Origin: Octopus vulgaris
Lineage: Eukaryota
Direction of reading: 5' to 3'
DNA length: 64,000 bases
Assembly: GCA_951406725.2 (NCBI GenBank)
Contig: OX597815.1
Span: 69,502,001-69,566,000, forward strand
In this document: positions 13,528 through 26,617 of the stretch, piece by piece
Layout: each line of letters starts with the position of its first letter
Numbering within the stretch: position 1 is the first letter of the stretch
Made by a program: the position numbers and the translations under genes
Notes under the pieces: generated by a model
Told to the model about the DNA's origin: nothing
The model's database searches: none
The model's input: only the letters and a program-made list of their open reading frames with translations

Positions 13528-13932
13528 ATACAAGTTGTTTATGTAGTACCTTTTTTGTGAAAAATGTAAGGAAGTTTTATTAAATGAGTGTGGACAGCGA
13601 ATTTATAACTTGCTGTATTTAAAAAAAAATTAAATTGGATCTCCAAGTGAGAATTTCCCGTGCGTCTACCAAGGACAAATGACAACTATCGCTGCCTCCT
13701 TTGTCAGGAAGAGAACTCCTCTTGATAGATCACGAAATGGAGTAATCTATATTCTTGCTATTGAGGCTACAGATGAACTTCGCCAACGAAGTTCAGTTCT
13801 CTTTCATTTTTTATGTAAAAGAGTAAACAGCTTTGTATTTTAGTTTTGAATTTCGAAGTAGTAGCCGCCTATATAATGAGAATGGATATTCTCAGGTGTT
13901 TTGACCGAGCGGTATGTATTAGATCATTCCTG

Positions 13933-14571
13933 AGCAGCAGTCAATTTATCGGTTTAAGAACATATATTTTATTTGAGAACATAATCTTTGTGGAGAATGG
14001 CGATTTGACGTCTATATCTAGCATGTTGACTGTCCACTTTTCGTGTACAGTCCTTAATTGGTATATATAAATATTTTAATCTTCGGATTCTTTTTAATAT
14101 GCTAGACCACTGGTTTTAATTGATAAATATCAATTTTTACCCTAAATTTTAATTTTATATAAATATTTGTTCTCTAACCGATAAATTAACTGCTGCTAAC
14201 TATTAGCTGCAGGCTGGTTTTTCGGGTCTCAGCGCGCCAAAAGTAAAGGCATTTGAAAGATACATTCGAACTTAATCGGTTGTACTTTATGCATGCGAAA
14301 CTCCGGTATCGTTTTTTTGCATCTAGTCCAGCAAATTATGTTCATAACAAACTGTGCTGACGAAGTTACAGATATCCTTGTGATATTAATAACTGAAACC
14401 GTTCGGTACACAGGTGATTATTTCATTTCGTATATTTTCATTTGTCTTATTTATTGCTTTGGGTTGTGCTGAACTTTATTTTATTTGAGAACATAATCTT
14501 TGTGGAGAATGGCGATTTGACGTCTATATCTAGCATGTTGACTGTCCACTTTTCGTGTTCAGTCCTTAATT

Positions 14572-14578
<7 letters not shown>
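13933..14578 (+). mobile_element. Non-coding hammerhead-bearing element, copy 2 (partial tandem, ~512 bp period)
   Basis: tttgagaacataatctttgtggagaatggcg...ttaattggtata at ~13970-14070 is repeated at ~14482-14578; HHR between; ends in (TA)n. Confidence 0.85.
14352..14413 (+). ncRNA. Canonical type I hammerhead ribozyme
   Basis: Stem I CTGTG/CACAG; CTGACGA; stem II AGTTA/TAACT; GAAA; stem III ACC(G)/(C)GGT; cleavage triplet GTA. Confidence 0.88.
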
Positions 14579-14616
<38 letters not shown>

Positions 14617-14626
<10 letters not shown>

Positions 14627-14958
14627 TAATAAATATTAGGGAATAAATCCAAATTTACAGGGAAAATCAGATTTAGGATTGAATCCAATTTTATAGTAAA
14701 ATATTATATTATATTAATTAGAGACAAAACCACTATTATGCACATCAAACAAAGAAAGACTTAAGCCAATACATAAAAATTTTATATAAATTAAATATAA
14801 TTAAAATAACCACTACGATCGTTTCGTGTCAGCACTTCTATGAGACATTCTTCAGAATGTCTCATAGAAGTGCTGACACGAAACGATCGTAGTGGTTATT
14901 TTAATTATATTTAATTTATATAAAATTTTTTATGTATTGGCTTAAGTCTTTCTTTGTT

Positions 14959-14962
<4 letters not shown>
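14617..14962. mobile_element. Fold-back pLTR-like mini-element (near-perfect palindrome 14744-14962) with partial hammerhead on the minus strand (14808-14855)
   Basis: ~107 bp arms around loop ttca; minus strand reads CTGAAGA-aTGTC..GACAc-GAAACGATCGTA; flanked by (TA)n on both sides. Confidence 0.8.
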
Positions 14963-14989
<27 letters not shown>

Positions 14990-15198
14990 CGACGGGCTTC
15001 GTTCAGTTCCCGTCTACCAAATTCACTCAGGCTATAGTTGAAGACACTTGCCCAAGGTGCCACGCAATGAACCCGGAACCATGTGATTAGTAAGCAAGCT
15101 ACTTACCACACAACCACTCCTTCGCATATATATAATATATATAATAATTAATATTTTAGACTAATAGATATAAGTCGATTAGTGTGTTTAAGTGTTGA

Positions 15199-15229
<31 letters not shown>

Positions 15230-15232
<3 letters not shown>

Positions 15233-17268
15233 ATAAAACGGTAAGATAACAAAAGAAAGAAAGAGACCTCAATATTATGTAAATAGAGGAAATTTATCTA
15301 TACAATATGTTACATTACTCGGTAGTCAAGATAAAACTCTGAGTTTCAGATGCCGAAGTGGAAATCCACAACACCATCTCTTCGTTTCGAAGCGGACCTG
15401 CTGAAGATCATGAGCAAAATAAAGTTTCGTAAGTCTTTTAACAATTTCCAACATAAATTGAAAAAAGATATTGATCATATAAAAAGCTCCAAGAAAAAAG
15501 CACTTTTTTCGGATAAAACCAAGAACTTATACCTGGTAGATAACAGCAAATACACACAACTCTTACACAACAGCATCATTAATAATTATACTAAGGCTAG
15601 GGCACAGACATATAACGAAATTAATAAAGAAGCTAGCGTCATCGCCGCTAAACTTAAATTAGATAAAAAAATAGAAACCCTCCCCCAAAAAGAGGCCTTT
15701 ATTACTATTAAAGACCACAAAGAAAACTTCCTTTCCAATCCTAAATGTAGGCTTATCAACCCAGCCAAGTCAGAACTAGGGATTATTAGCAAAGAAATTT
15801 TAGATAAAATAAATACGAAAATTAAGACCGATACTAGGCTAGTGCAATGGTCCAATAGTATAGAAGTCGTAGACTGGTTTAAAGCTATTAAGAATAAGAA
15901 AAAAGCGAGGTTTACACAATTCGATATTGTTGATTTTTATGCCTCTATCTCTAAAGAACTGCTAGATAAAGCCCTAATCTTCGCTAGTGACTTCATAGAA
16001 ATTAGTACCAATGATAAGGATATAATCTTCCATGCTAGAAAGACATTACTTTTCAGTGAGAATGCAAAGTGGGTAAAAAACACCGACACGGAGGGCGCTT
16101 TCGATGTGAGCATGGGTTCATATGATGGGGCAGGCATCTGTGATCTAATTGGACTCTTTCTCCTAGATACCTTCAGTAAGACATTCCCTAACGTACATTT
16201 CGCCATCTACAAAGATGATGCCCTCGCCTTAACAGCTAATACAAATGGACCAGCACAAGATCGTTTTAGGAAGGATATTATCCAGTTAATGAAACACTTC
16301 GGACTTAGTATAACTATAGACACTAACCTGACGGTTGTCAATTTCTTAGACGTTTCCTTAGATCTTAATAATAATATTTATAAGCCTTATAGGAAGCCCA
16401 ATGATAGACTAAGTTATATTAATGTAGGTTCATGCCATCCCCCTATAGTATTCAAAAATTTAGTTAAAAATATTAGTAAGAGGATTTCTAGCCTCTCATC
16501 TAATGAGGACATCTTCAATAGCGTTGCCCCAGTTTATAATAAAGCTTTAAAAGATAGTGGTTTTAGCGAAAAAATAAAATATACACCTATCACCAGCCCA
16601 ACAATAAGGAAAAGGAATAATAGAAATAGGAAGGTCATCTGGTTTACGCCCCCTTACTCACCCGAGGTGGCCTTCAATATAGGTAAATATTTCCTAGCAC
16701 TGATAGATAGACATTTTCCAGTTAACCATGCTTATAGGAAACTCTTCAATAGACACAATTTAAAAATTAGTTTTAGTTCAACTACCAATTTTAAAAACAT
16801 AATCAATCATAACATACAAAAAACACAAGAAGAAAACAGCTGTTCATGCAGGAATAAAGAATTGTGCCCGCTAAATGGAACTTGCATGTCCAAGACCATC
16901 ATATATGAAGCTACCGTAAACTCTATAACCACTAAAGACACCGTTTTGACGAAGAAATACGTGGGCCTGACAGAGGGTAATTTCAAGGCCAGGTTCAATA
17001 ACCACACTTTGAGCTTTAGGCACTGGAACAAAAGAAAAGCGACACAATTATCCAATCATATTTGGTCTTTAAGAGATAAAGGTGTCGATTATAACATACA
17101 ATGGAAGATTTTGGCCAGATGTAAGCCCTATACTAACGGCAGCGGAAGGTGCGGTTTATGCGACATGGAGAGATGGCTTATCTGGAAAAGCAGCTTAGAC
17201 CCTACCACATGTCTAAATACAAGGACAGAACTTTTCGGATCATGCCCACATGTGACTAAATTTCTGTT
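15230..17268 (+). mobile_element. PLE family A copy 3: inverted 3' pLTR fragment (15230-15384) joined to 5'- and 3'-truncated ORF
   Basis: 15230-15384 matches the 5352-5463 terminus; ORF nearly identical to the palindrome arms; starts at (TA)n. Confidence 0.93.
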
Positions 17269-17287
17269 ATCTATTCTCATTATATAG
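15385..17287 (+). CDS. PLE RT + GIY-YIG, uninterrupted frame (~630 aa, both ends truncated)
   Basis: ORF 15350..17287; DKT..Y, TIKDHK, CRLINP, QFDIVDFY, IYKDD, CxCx5Cx5C, IIY-YVG; first ~12 codons derive from the inverted pLTR and last few from flank. Confidence 0.92.
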
Positions 17288-18889
17288 GCGGCTACCGCCT
17301 ATATAATGAGAATAGATATTCTCAGGTGTTTTGACCGAGCGGTATGTATTAGATCATTCCTGAGGCATTTTATTTGGTACATAGTCATAGGAGACCTTTA
17401 TTCTGTAAATGTTGGTGGTAATATTTAGAATAGATGTTGCATTACTTTTACCACAACTTTTTGCACCAGATGTGTATTATTTGCAATAGGCCCAGATTGG
17501 TCTATACACTTTGAATAAATAAACACAGGCTCAATATTTCTAACTGTATTCAGTCTCTTACTGTTAATAACTGCTACAGAATCCTAACCCTAACCGCTAA
17601 ATTTGGTGTAGTAGAATATACAAACTTCATGGAATGTCTATTTCTATGTCTGCCAAAGATGAGAAAATATGTCTCCAATTACTCAAAGAAAACTCCCGGG
17701 ATATCCGTGGCTACATGATATCCCGGGAGCATCATGCTGTGTCGTATTCGTGTTACGTAATCTTGTTCAATTAATTTGTTTACACAACTTATATTGCTTA
17801 TGTTGGTATAGTTGCTTTCATGAATATAAGTTCCTTCACGGTTGTATGGAGTGTTACGATTGTTCCCAAAGTTAAAATCTTCATTACTGCGCTTAGGCTT
17901 TTTACCTAATCGGCGTTCCATCTCCGAATTATCCAGACATCATTCAGATCTCCCCACCCTCTCTCTATCTATCTATTTATAACCAACTCTTTGTTATCGG
18001 TAATGTTGTTATTATCATTGTTGTTATGAATGATTTTTGTCGTACCAACGTGAGAGTGAGAGGCGTAACCACGAATATCTATGACTTGTATTCTTGCATC
18101 TCCTACTACATTGTGCCGTTGGCGAAATTGTTGATAATTTGCATAACGGGGATATATATATATATATATATATATATTGAATTTTAAACGCTCGTTGTTA
18201 TATCTATTGCGGAACACCAACAAAATATATTACAAGATTATATAATGTTTCTACAACTGTTATGTAATTCTGCCGGTAATTTTGTTACACCTGTTCATGT
18301 TCTGTAAATTATTGAATACCATACCTTTTTCTGTATGTTATTAATGACACACACACACATATATTATTTCATTCTTTTACTTGTTTCAGTCCTTTTACTA
18401 CAGCCATGCTGGAGCACTGCCTTAAACGGGTTTAGTCGAAGAAATCGATCCCAGGACTTATTCTTTGTAAGCCTAGTACTTATTCAATAAATCGTTTTTG
18501 CTGAAGTGCTAAGTTACAGGTACATAAACGATGGCGATGGGAGGACAAACACAGACACAAAGACACATACATATAAGTATACACACGCACACACACATAC
18601 GACGTGCATCCACTCACAAGGCTTTGGTCTATATATACACACGTGTTTATATTGACAGAAGTTACAGTGTGAATCAAGGGTAGAGAGCTTCGTGCGTTGG
18701 CATTTATTAAACCAGTTTCAGCAGTGCTAACGCAAGAAATTATTGGCCTTTGAGTCACTCTGAAACTTATGTCGATTCTTAAAACAAAATGTATACATAG
18801 TCATGTTGTGAATTCCTTTTTCCTGCTTACATCACTAAACCTATGTAAACACTTCAGCAATGTAACTACACACGTAATGGTGGCGATTT

Positions 18890-19035
18890 ATTTTTCCTTC
18901 TTTCTCCTTTCTGACGAAGAGCTATGCTCAAAACGTCAAAAACTCTTTTTACTGAGCGTCAAGCTAATTCATTCCTTGTACACGTCCTCTTGTTGTCTGT
19001 TATTGTTAATTTTATCGCTCGTTTATTTGAAATTT
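18890..19035 (+). mobile_element. Solo 3' end of Neptune-like PLE with minimal hammerhead (18907-18941)
   Basis: ttt-CTGACGA-a-GAGC tat GCTC-(a)AAACGTC-aaa followed by ctgagcgtc..taat..cac seen in the other copies. Confidence 0.7.
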
Positions 19036-19057
19036 GAAATGACTATATATATATAAG

Positions 19058-19388
19058 ATCAGCAACAATTTAGATTCAAATGAATATGGCACTTAATTTA
19101 GATGCACCAGAATTTTGTATGGTGTTACCCATAAAAATATGAGGGGGTGATTATAATCAAAAAATCACCCCGCATATTTTTATGGGTAACACCATACAAA
19201 ATTCTGGTGCATCTAAATTAAGTGCCATATTCATTTGAATCTAAATTGTTGCTGATATGTACACTGATTTGTTCTGCTTTTTATATTTAACCCTACAGTC
19301 TCTTATGTGGTGGTTTAATAAAGTATGTGATTGAGTATTATCTAGTAATTGATATTTGATTTAGATGTATTTCTTCATTTTCTTATCT

Positions 19389-19390
<2 letters not shown>
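19058..19390. repeat. ~200 bp palindrome (19058-19256) fused to the 3' terminus of PLE family B (19256-19390)
   Basis: ~95 bp arms with ~10 nt loop; downstream part matches 44000-44130. Confidence 0.85.
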
Positions 19391-19466
<76 letters not shown>

Positions 19467-19510
19467 ATACAGACTTACACACACATATATATACACACAT
19501 ACATACATAC

Positions 19511-19545
<35 letters not shown>

Positions 19546-19769
19546 CATAATGCATACATATATACAAAATACATACGTACATACATATATACTGTAGACA
19601 CAGCCACATAACATATCTATAAGTATGTAAGTATAGATATGTATATGCATATGTATATGTGTGTGAGCGCGTGTACGCGTGTATGTATGTTTGTATGTAT
19701 ATGTAATATATACACATATACATACATTTACATACATACATACATATATACATTCATACATACATACAT

Positions 19770-19873
<104 letters not shown>

Positions 19874-20516
19874 GTATATATTCAAGCTTGTGCTTGTCAA
19901 CTTATATATAAAAACAATTTAACATTAAAGGATTGCTTAATATATTTTTGTAGCATTCGTATTTATTGAACTTTTACATGTGTGTATGCCTGCCTCTATA
20001 CATGTACGTATGTATAGCTGAACAGACGGATTGATAGATCTGAGTATGTATGTATGTATGTATGTATGTATGTATGTATGTATGTATGTATGTATGTATG
20101 TATGTATGTATGTATGTATGCTTGCACGCATCTATACATAAATGTATGTATACGTGAATGTATGCATATATGCATGCAAATATGCATACATTTATGCATG
20201 TGTGTATAGCTGCGTGCGTGTATGCATGTATGCATTCATACATTTTCGCACATGACATTGAGCGAGTTTACCACGTGATTTAAAGGACAGAAAAGAGAAA
20301 GAGTAGAATGGGGATCGGAAAGTGGAGAGAGAGTGAGAGAGGTTAAAAAATGATGGCGAGAATGGAAAGATGAGAAAGATGAAGACTAGGGATGTAAGAG
20401 TTAGTAGGAGGAGGGAAAAGGAAGAAAGGGAGATAAGTTTATTATAGAATATAATAATTATAATCACCACAATTCCCCGAGTAACGTATTTATACAAAAT
20501 ATTGCATTTGTATGTT

Positions 20517-20562
<46 letters not shown>

Positions 20563-20683
20563 TGTGTGTACAAGTGTGGTTTCTGTAAACGTGTTTGAAA
20601 TTTGTGAGCATGAATACATGAATGCATATATGAATATATAAATACTTATGATTTGTACCACTGTGGCTCAGTGGAATCACAAT

Positions 20684-20720
<37 letters not shown>

Positions 20721-20837
20721 CATATACATACATATATATATATATACACACACATACATACACACTTGCACTCACAAAATATATAGGTGTAAACACATCA
20801 ATGTAAATGGTTGTATATGTACATAAATATGCACACG

Positions 20838-20879
<42 letters not shown>

Positions 20880-20881
<2 letters not shown>

Positions 20882-21961
20882 GAAGAATTCACGAAAAAGA
20901 CAAAAGACGAAGATAGGTGGTGTAGACAACAAACAGATAGTATAACCCTCCGTAAGTGAAAAAGTCTTTCAAGTTTCGAGCCTACGCTCTTTCACAGAAA
21001 GGAACAGAGAAAGAAACAAAGAGAGAAAATAAAGAATGTGTAGTGGCTAGCGATCTATCATGGCGAATGCCGGACAGAAGGGTCACACAGGAGAGCTAGG
21101 GAGAAGGGGAGAGAATAAAGTAGTGGTGATCCCAAAATGAAGGTGCGCGTGCGTGTGTATAAGAGAGTTTGTATGTGCGTATGGAAGAGAGCGTGGGGGC
21201 AAAGGTGGTGCATGTGGATAGGCTGAGGGTGAGGGTAGAGGTGGGGTATGTGGGAGTGGGTGTAAGGGATGGAGTAGGGTTGGATGGGAAGGATAGAGAA
21301 GGTGGGGTGGAATATGTAGGGGTGGGGTGGGCTTACAAGAGAAAGGTGACGGTGAAGGGGGAAGGAGAAGGTGGGTAGGAGTGAAGAGAATAGAGAAAGA
21401 GAGTAGGAGTGAAGAGAAGATGTGGGAGTCGGAGCAAGAGAGGAGAGGTGGATGGGAGGAAGTAGGTGTGAGGGAGGGGAGTTGAGTCCATGTGGCGCAA
21501 AGGAACGAAGAGAGAAGGTTAATCCCTGTTCACGGTGCAAACGGGAGTCCGGATGTCCCCTGTGCAAGGACAATCTGAACACGGACATGTGTTGCAAAGA
21601 GTGACCGGTAGAGCGGAAATGGTGCGAGACCGGGGTGTCATTGCCGAGTCGGATGTCTCGGTCAGCCAAGCTATGGACCAAGAGGTCTCGTAGGTTGTAG
21701 GCTCGTTTGAAGGAGAGGAGGGGGTCAATTAGGGAAGTTGTGGAAAGTGGAGGGGTCGGACTGGAGTCACCGGAAGGCTCGGAGAATGGTGCGTTGGAGA
21801 GGTAGGGTGGTAGGGTGGTAGGTGAGGGGAGAGGCGGGAGGCGGGAGACGGCGGGGCGGGTTCGGGGGGAGAGAGAAGATGCACGGTCCACGGAACGTGC
21901 TCTGGCAAGGGCTGTGTGGTTAGTGGCGAGGGGATGTCCACGTAGGATGAAGTGGCGAGCC
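20880..21961 (-). mobile_element. 5'-truncated Neptune-like PLE remnant (GIY-YIG region, pyrimidine-rich UTR, degenerate HHR ~20967-21002)
   Basis: SFKRAYNLRDLLVHS..PVSHHFRSTGHSLQHMSVF..RLHREQ..LRSFAPHGLN homologous to 50530-51150, with internal deletion. Confidence 0.85.
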
Positions 21962-21996
<35 letters not shown>

Positions 21997-22936
21997 TGTA
22001 TGTATGTATGTATGTATGTATGTACATATGTATAAGCACGCAAGAAAAGTATGATCCTCAACATTAAATACAAAGATGAAATGGAATAGTTATCCTAAAG
22101 ATACAATAGTTGACACCTCGTTGTTTCGGTGACTGTTTACCTAGCCAGCTGCTGTTGAACTAAAGACAATCATCTACCCTCACTGCGTATGTAACAATTG
22201 TTAACATTACGTGTGCGTTTAATATAGAAATTGACATGAAACAGACTAAAAAGTGAATCCAGCACTTCATATATCAAAGAGAAATACAAGCAGATACGCC
22301 ATACAACATTGCAGGAGTTAGATGGTAGATGGACATCGATAAAATTGTGTTGTGCAGTTTTATTTCTTTTAAGGTGCTTATTTCATCACTGAGTGTTCAT
22401 AACTGTTTCATAGGTAGGCAGGGCGACACAAAGGCACCCACACGCACATGAACACACACACGTTCCCCGCGCACACACACACTTACATAGATGTACATAT
22501 ACTAAAATTATGCATAAAATATTTAATTTATAGAAATACGTAACATATAGATACATTTATATATGCATACGCTACACATACACACAATAGATTTATGACA
22601 GCCTGTCTGTTCGTCTCTTCCCCTCACCCCACTTTCCCTCTCTCTCTCTCACTATGTATATATATATATATATATCCACATGCAGGTATATGGGAAACCA
22701 TATTCTTATTCTTATATCATGTATAATATTCATACTTATATATCATATATATACATATACATATATATGTGTATATACATAATTCTATAAGTCTCTATAT
22801 ATTTAACTATACATACATAAGCATACACATACACGCGCGTACACACATATATGAATATATATGTGTACATATACATACATGTTTAACAAAGGTTTATAAA
22901 TACAAATACACACGCACATATATACCTACATATACG

Positions 22937-22969
<33 letters not shown>

Positions 22970-23181
22970 GACTGTCCGTCTGTCACACTGTCTCTCTCAG
23001 TGTCTTCTATGAAGGCAAACAGTAGAAGCTAGAAAAATCAATAATTCCGTACCACAATTCAAAGTACAACAATGCACAAGACTTTCTCAACACTGTTATA
23101 CATTTTTACTTAGGTTTGTGTTCGCCGCCATCTTCTTGAGATTGTCTTTCGGTTTTCTTGTTGTTTCATTTCTTTTCCTTC

Positions 23182-23215
<34 letters not shown>

Positions 23216-23843
23216 GTTGTATTTGGGAATTATTTTCTGCCATTAATTTCTTAACAAATATTTGTTACACAATGTGTGCAGCGTGTGTAAGTGTATATGT
23301 ATGTAGGGTGTGTTTATATATGACTCTATATGAATGTATACATATAGCAGGTATATGTTTGTTATCTTTGAAGTATGGCAAAATATAATGGCGAACGTTA
23401 TACTTTTCATATATATATATACAAATATATATATGTACGTATGTATGTATAAGCACGCAGATCAAGAGACAGGGAGGGGGAGAGGGAGAGGAAGAGAGAG
23501 GTATATAAACACGCATACACACATATTAGCATATGTGCACATAGGGCCAAATACATGCACAGCTTATTGCAGATATATACATACACACACACACACACAT
23601 TTGCACAGTACACACATGCGTATATATGTACATATGCATGTATATCCACTTGTGTATGAGTTTTGATGGCTTCTTATGCATGCTGTATACCTTCTTGTAA
23701 GTAACTTTCATAGAATAGTATTATGCGTACAAATAACAGATAAAAAGTTGCACAAATATATACACAATTATTCCCTATATATTGATTTATGCGCAAATAG
23801 ATACACAGCCTGAATAATTAGGTAGAAAATAGTCATTAATACA

Positions 23844-23915
<72 letters not shown>

Positions 23916-23919
23916 AGTA

Positions 23920-24145
23920 TATAAATGAAAAATGTATGGTAATTAAACAAACGACATAACGTATACTGAGTGTACAACCGGACGGGAGACAAACACAGGA
24001 GGTCCCCATTTCTTCATCAGTTATCTACCAAATGGTAATACTCATCAAGTATTAGGGACCTTCAGTGTCTGTCTCCCGTCCGGTTGTACACTCAGTATAC
24101 GTTATGTAGTTTGCTTATTTACCATACCATATATTTTTCATTTAT
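23920..24145. repeat. Imperfect fold-back, arms ~23920-24006 / 24056-24145
   Basis: acataacgtatactgagtgtacaaccggacgggagaca inverted as tgtctcccgtccggttgtacactcagtatacgttatgt; between (TA)n tracts. Confidence 0.8.
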
Positions 24146-24171
24146 TGAGTAACGGAACACAACGCATACCG

Positions 24172-24205
<34 letters not shown>

Positions 24206-24316
24206 TGGTAAGTAGCTTGCTTACCAGCCACATGGTTCCGGGTTCAGTCCCATTGCGTGGCATATTAGAGTATGAGTGGATTTGGTAGACGGAAACTGAA
24301 AGAAGCCCGCCGTATA

Positions 24317-24362
<46 letters not shown>

Positions 24363-24379
24363 TAGATAGATAGATAGAT

Positions 24380-24425
<46 letters not shown>

Positions 24426-24920
24426 GTATGTATATATTTATGTATGTATGTATGTATGTATGTATGTATGTATGTATGTATCTATATGTTTGTATTTCTG
24501 TGTTCATCTCCTCAACAACGCTTGACAACCGATGCTGGTGTGTTTACGTCCCCATCGCCTAGCGGTTCAGCAAGAGAGACCGATCGAATAAGTACCAGGC
24601 TTACAAAGGATAAGTCCTGGGGTCGATTTGCTCGACTAAAGGTGGTGCTCCAGCATGGCCGCAGTCAAATGACTGAAACAAATAAAAGAATGAAAGAATA
24701 TATATATATATATATAACACCAGATTTTCGCTTTTTCTAAAATAATATTCTGCCACCACAAAACTGTGGCGGACAGGTTACAAAGCCTTTTCAGTTCATC
24801 CAAACAGGTATTTGAAACAAGACTTGTAATCCTCAAATTCCAACAATGGTTTCGAGGTTTGTTAATGTTCGACTTATCCCTTAACTGTTCCCCATATTAC
24901 ATATATATATATATATAGAC

Positions 24921-24953
<33 letters not shown>

Positions 24954-24960
24954 AAGATAA

Positions 24961-25053
<93 letters not shown>

Positions 25054-25727
25054 CACAAACCGCCACCGCTCGCACAACACCTTATTTTCCTGACTTTCAT
25101 CTATGTTTGTTGCCACAAGGCTTCCACTTCACACGCCAGCTTAGTAGTCGAAAGATGCCTGTTGTTATTCTTGTTCTTTGTATTTGTAATCTTGTAACAT
25201 TTTCTCCGTTTTTTTTTCGTCCGTGTTGTCGCACATATTCGCTCGCTTTCTTCCAAAGATTTAATCCCCTCAGTTTAGATTTTGGGGGCCTATCAATTTT
25301 GAACAGTCTCAAGTGTGACAGACCAAAACTGTAATGATAATTGGAAGCTTGACTGATGAATAGAAAGTCACGAATGTTCTGTCCTGGTTTTCCTGTCCGT
25401 CTTTGTATCGTCCATCTGTCCATTTATTGTCGTCCGTAACATTCTTGTTCCGTTTTTTGGATTTATATATACGCATATACTACTTCGTTTTCTACTTTTA
25501 CATCTATCTGTGTGTCTCTATGTATGTATGTATGTATGTATGTATGATGTGTCTGTCTGTGTATGTGTGGTAAGTAGCTTGCTTACCAACCACATGATTC
25601 CGGGTTCAGTCCCACTGCGTGGCACCTTGGGAAAGTGTCTTCGAGAGCATCAGGCCGACCAAAGCCTTGTGAGAGGATTTGGTAGACGCAAACTGAAAGA
25701 ATCCCGTCATATATATTGATGTTTATG

Positions 25728-25766
<39 letters not shown>

Positions 25767-26085
25767 TCGTGTGTCTGATTTTGCTCTCCAAACATCGCTT
25801 GACAACACATGCTGGTTTGTTTACCTCCCCGTAACTTAGCGGTTCGACAAATCTAAATCTATCATCAGAATCGTGTCTCGGTAATTTTTTCATTAGTTCA
25901 ATACAGTTGTTTTCTGTTTGGGTTTTGGTGGGTGTTAGTCATTAATTCGTCGTTTGTAGTACACAATATTAAAAAGGATGCGTGAGAAGGCGAGAATTGC
26001 CATACTAATATTTATTTGAGATTTCATACAGAAATCTGTTATATTCAATCGGAGCAGTTTTATATTTAAAAAGCCATTTGTGTAA

Positions 26086-26617
26086 CATACTTAATGTCTA
26101 TACACCGTTGAAATGCAAATTTACTGAGTTATTCGTCCAGAGATAACATCTTTTATGGACGTGCTCTGTTTAAAGGCACATTATATATCAGTAAGTTGGT
26201 GTAATTTTTTACCTCCTTCTGATATATTACTGGAACCACGTCGGTCACAACGATGAGAACTCCAATTAATCCGATCGACGGAACAGTCTGCTCGTGAAAT
26301 TAACAAGCAAGTGGCTGAGCACTCCACAGATATGCCTACCTTTAACGTAGTTGTCAGGGAGATTCAGTGTGACAGAATATGACAGGGATAGCCCTTTGAA
26401 CTACTAGTCTGGTACTACTCGTTTTTGCCAGCTGATTGGACTGGAGCCATGTGAAATAAAATGTCTTGCTCAAGGACACAACGCGCCGCCACTAAACCAC
26501 GTTCCTTCACTTCTGATATATGTTGTGTTTTTAAACACAGCATCCATAAGAGATGTTATCTTCTGACGAATACTTCAGTAAATTTGCTCTTTAGCTGTGT
26601 ATACACATTAAGCATGC
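26086..26617. repeat. Diverged inverted repeat (~26086-26194 / 26510-26617) enclosing a SINE-like insert
   Basis: gcaaatttactga..agataacatct..tatgga inverted as tccataagagatgttatct..tcagtaaatttgc; insert carries tgtcttgctcaaggacac SINE-core-like motif. Confidence 0.6.

Noticed and set aside
15350-15384. ATG start of the 645 aa ORF
   Set aside because: Lies in the inverted pLTR fragment; a chance in-frame fusion, not the native start
17693-17729. Short hairpin ctcccgggatatc..gatatcccgggag
   Set aside because: Isolated 13-bp stem with no supporting context
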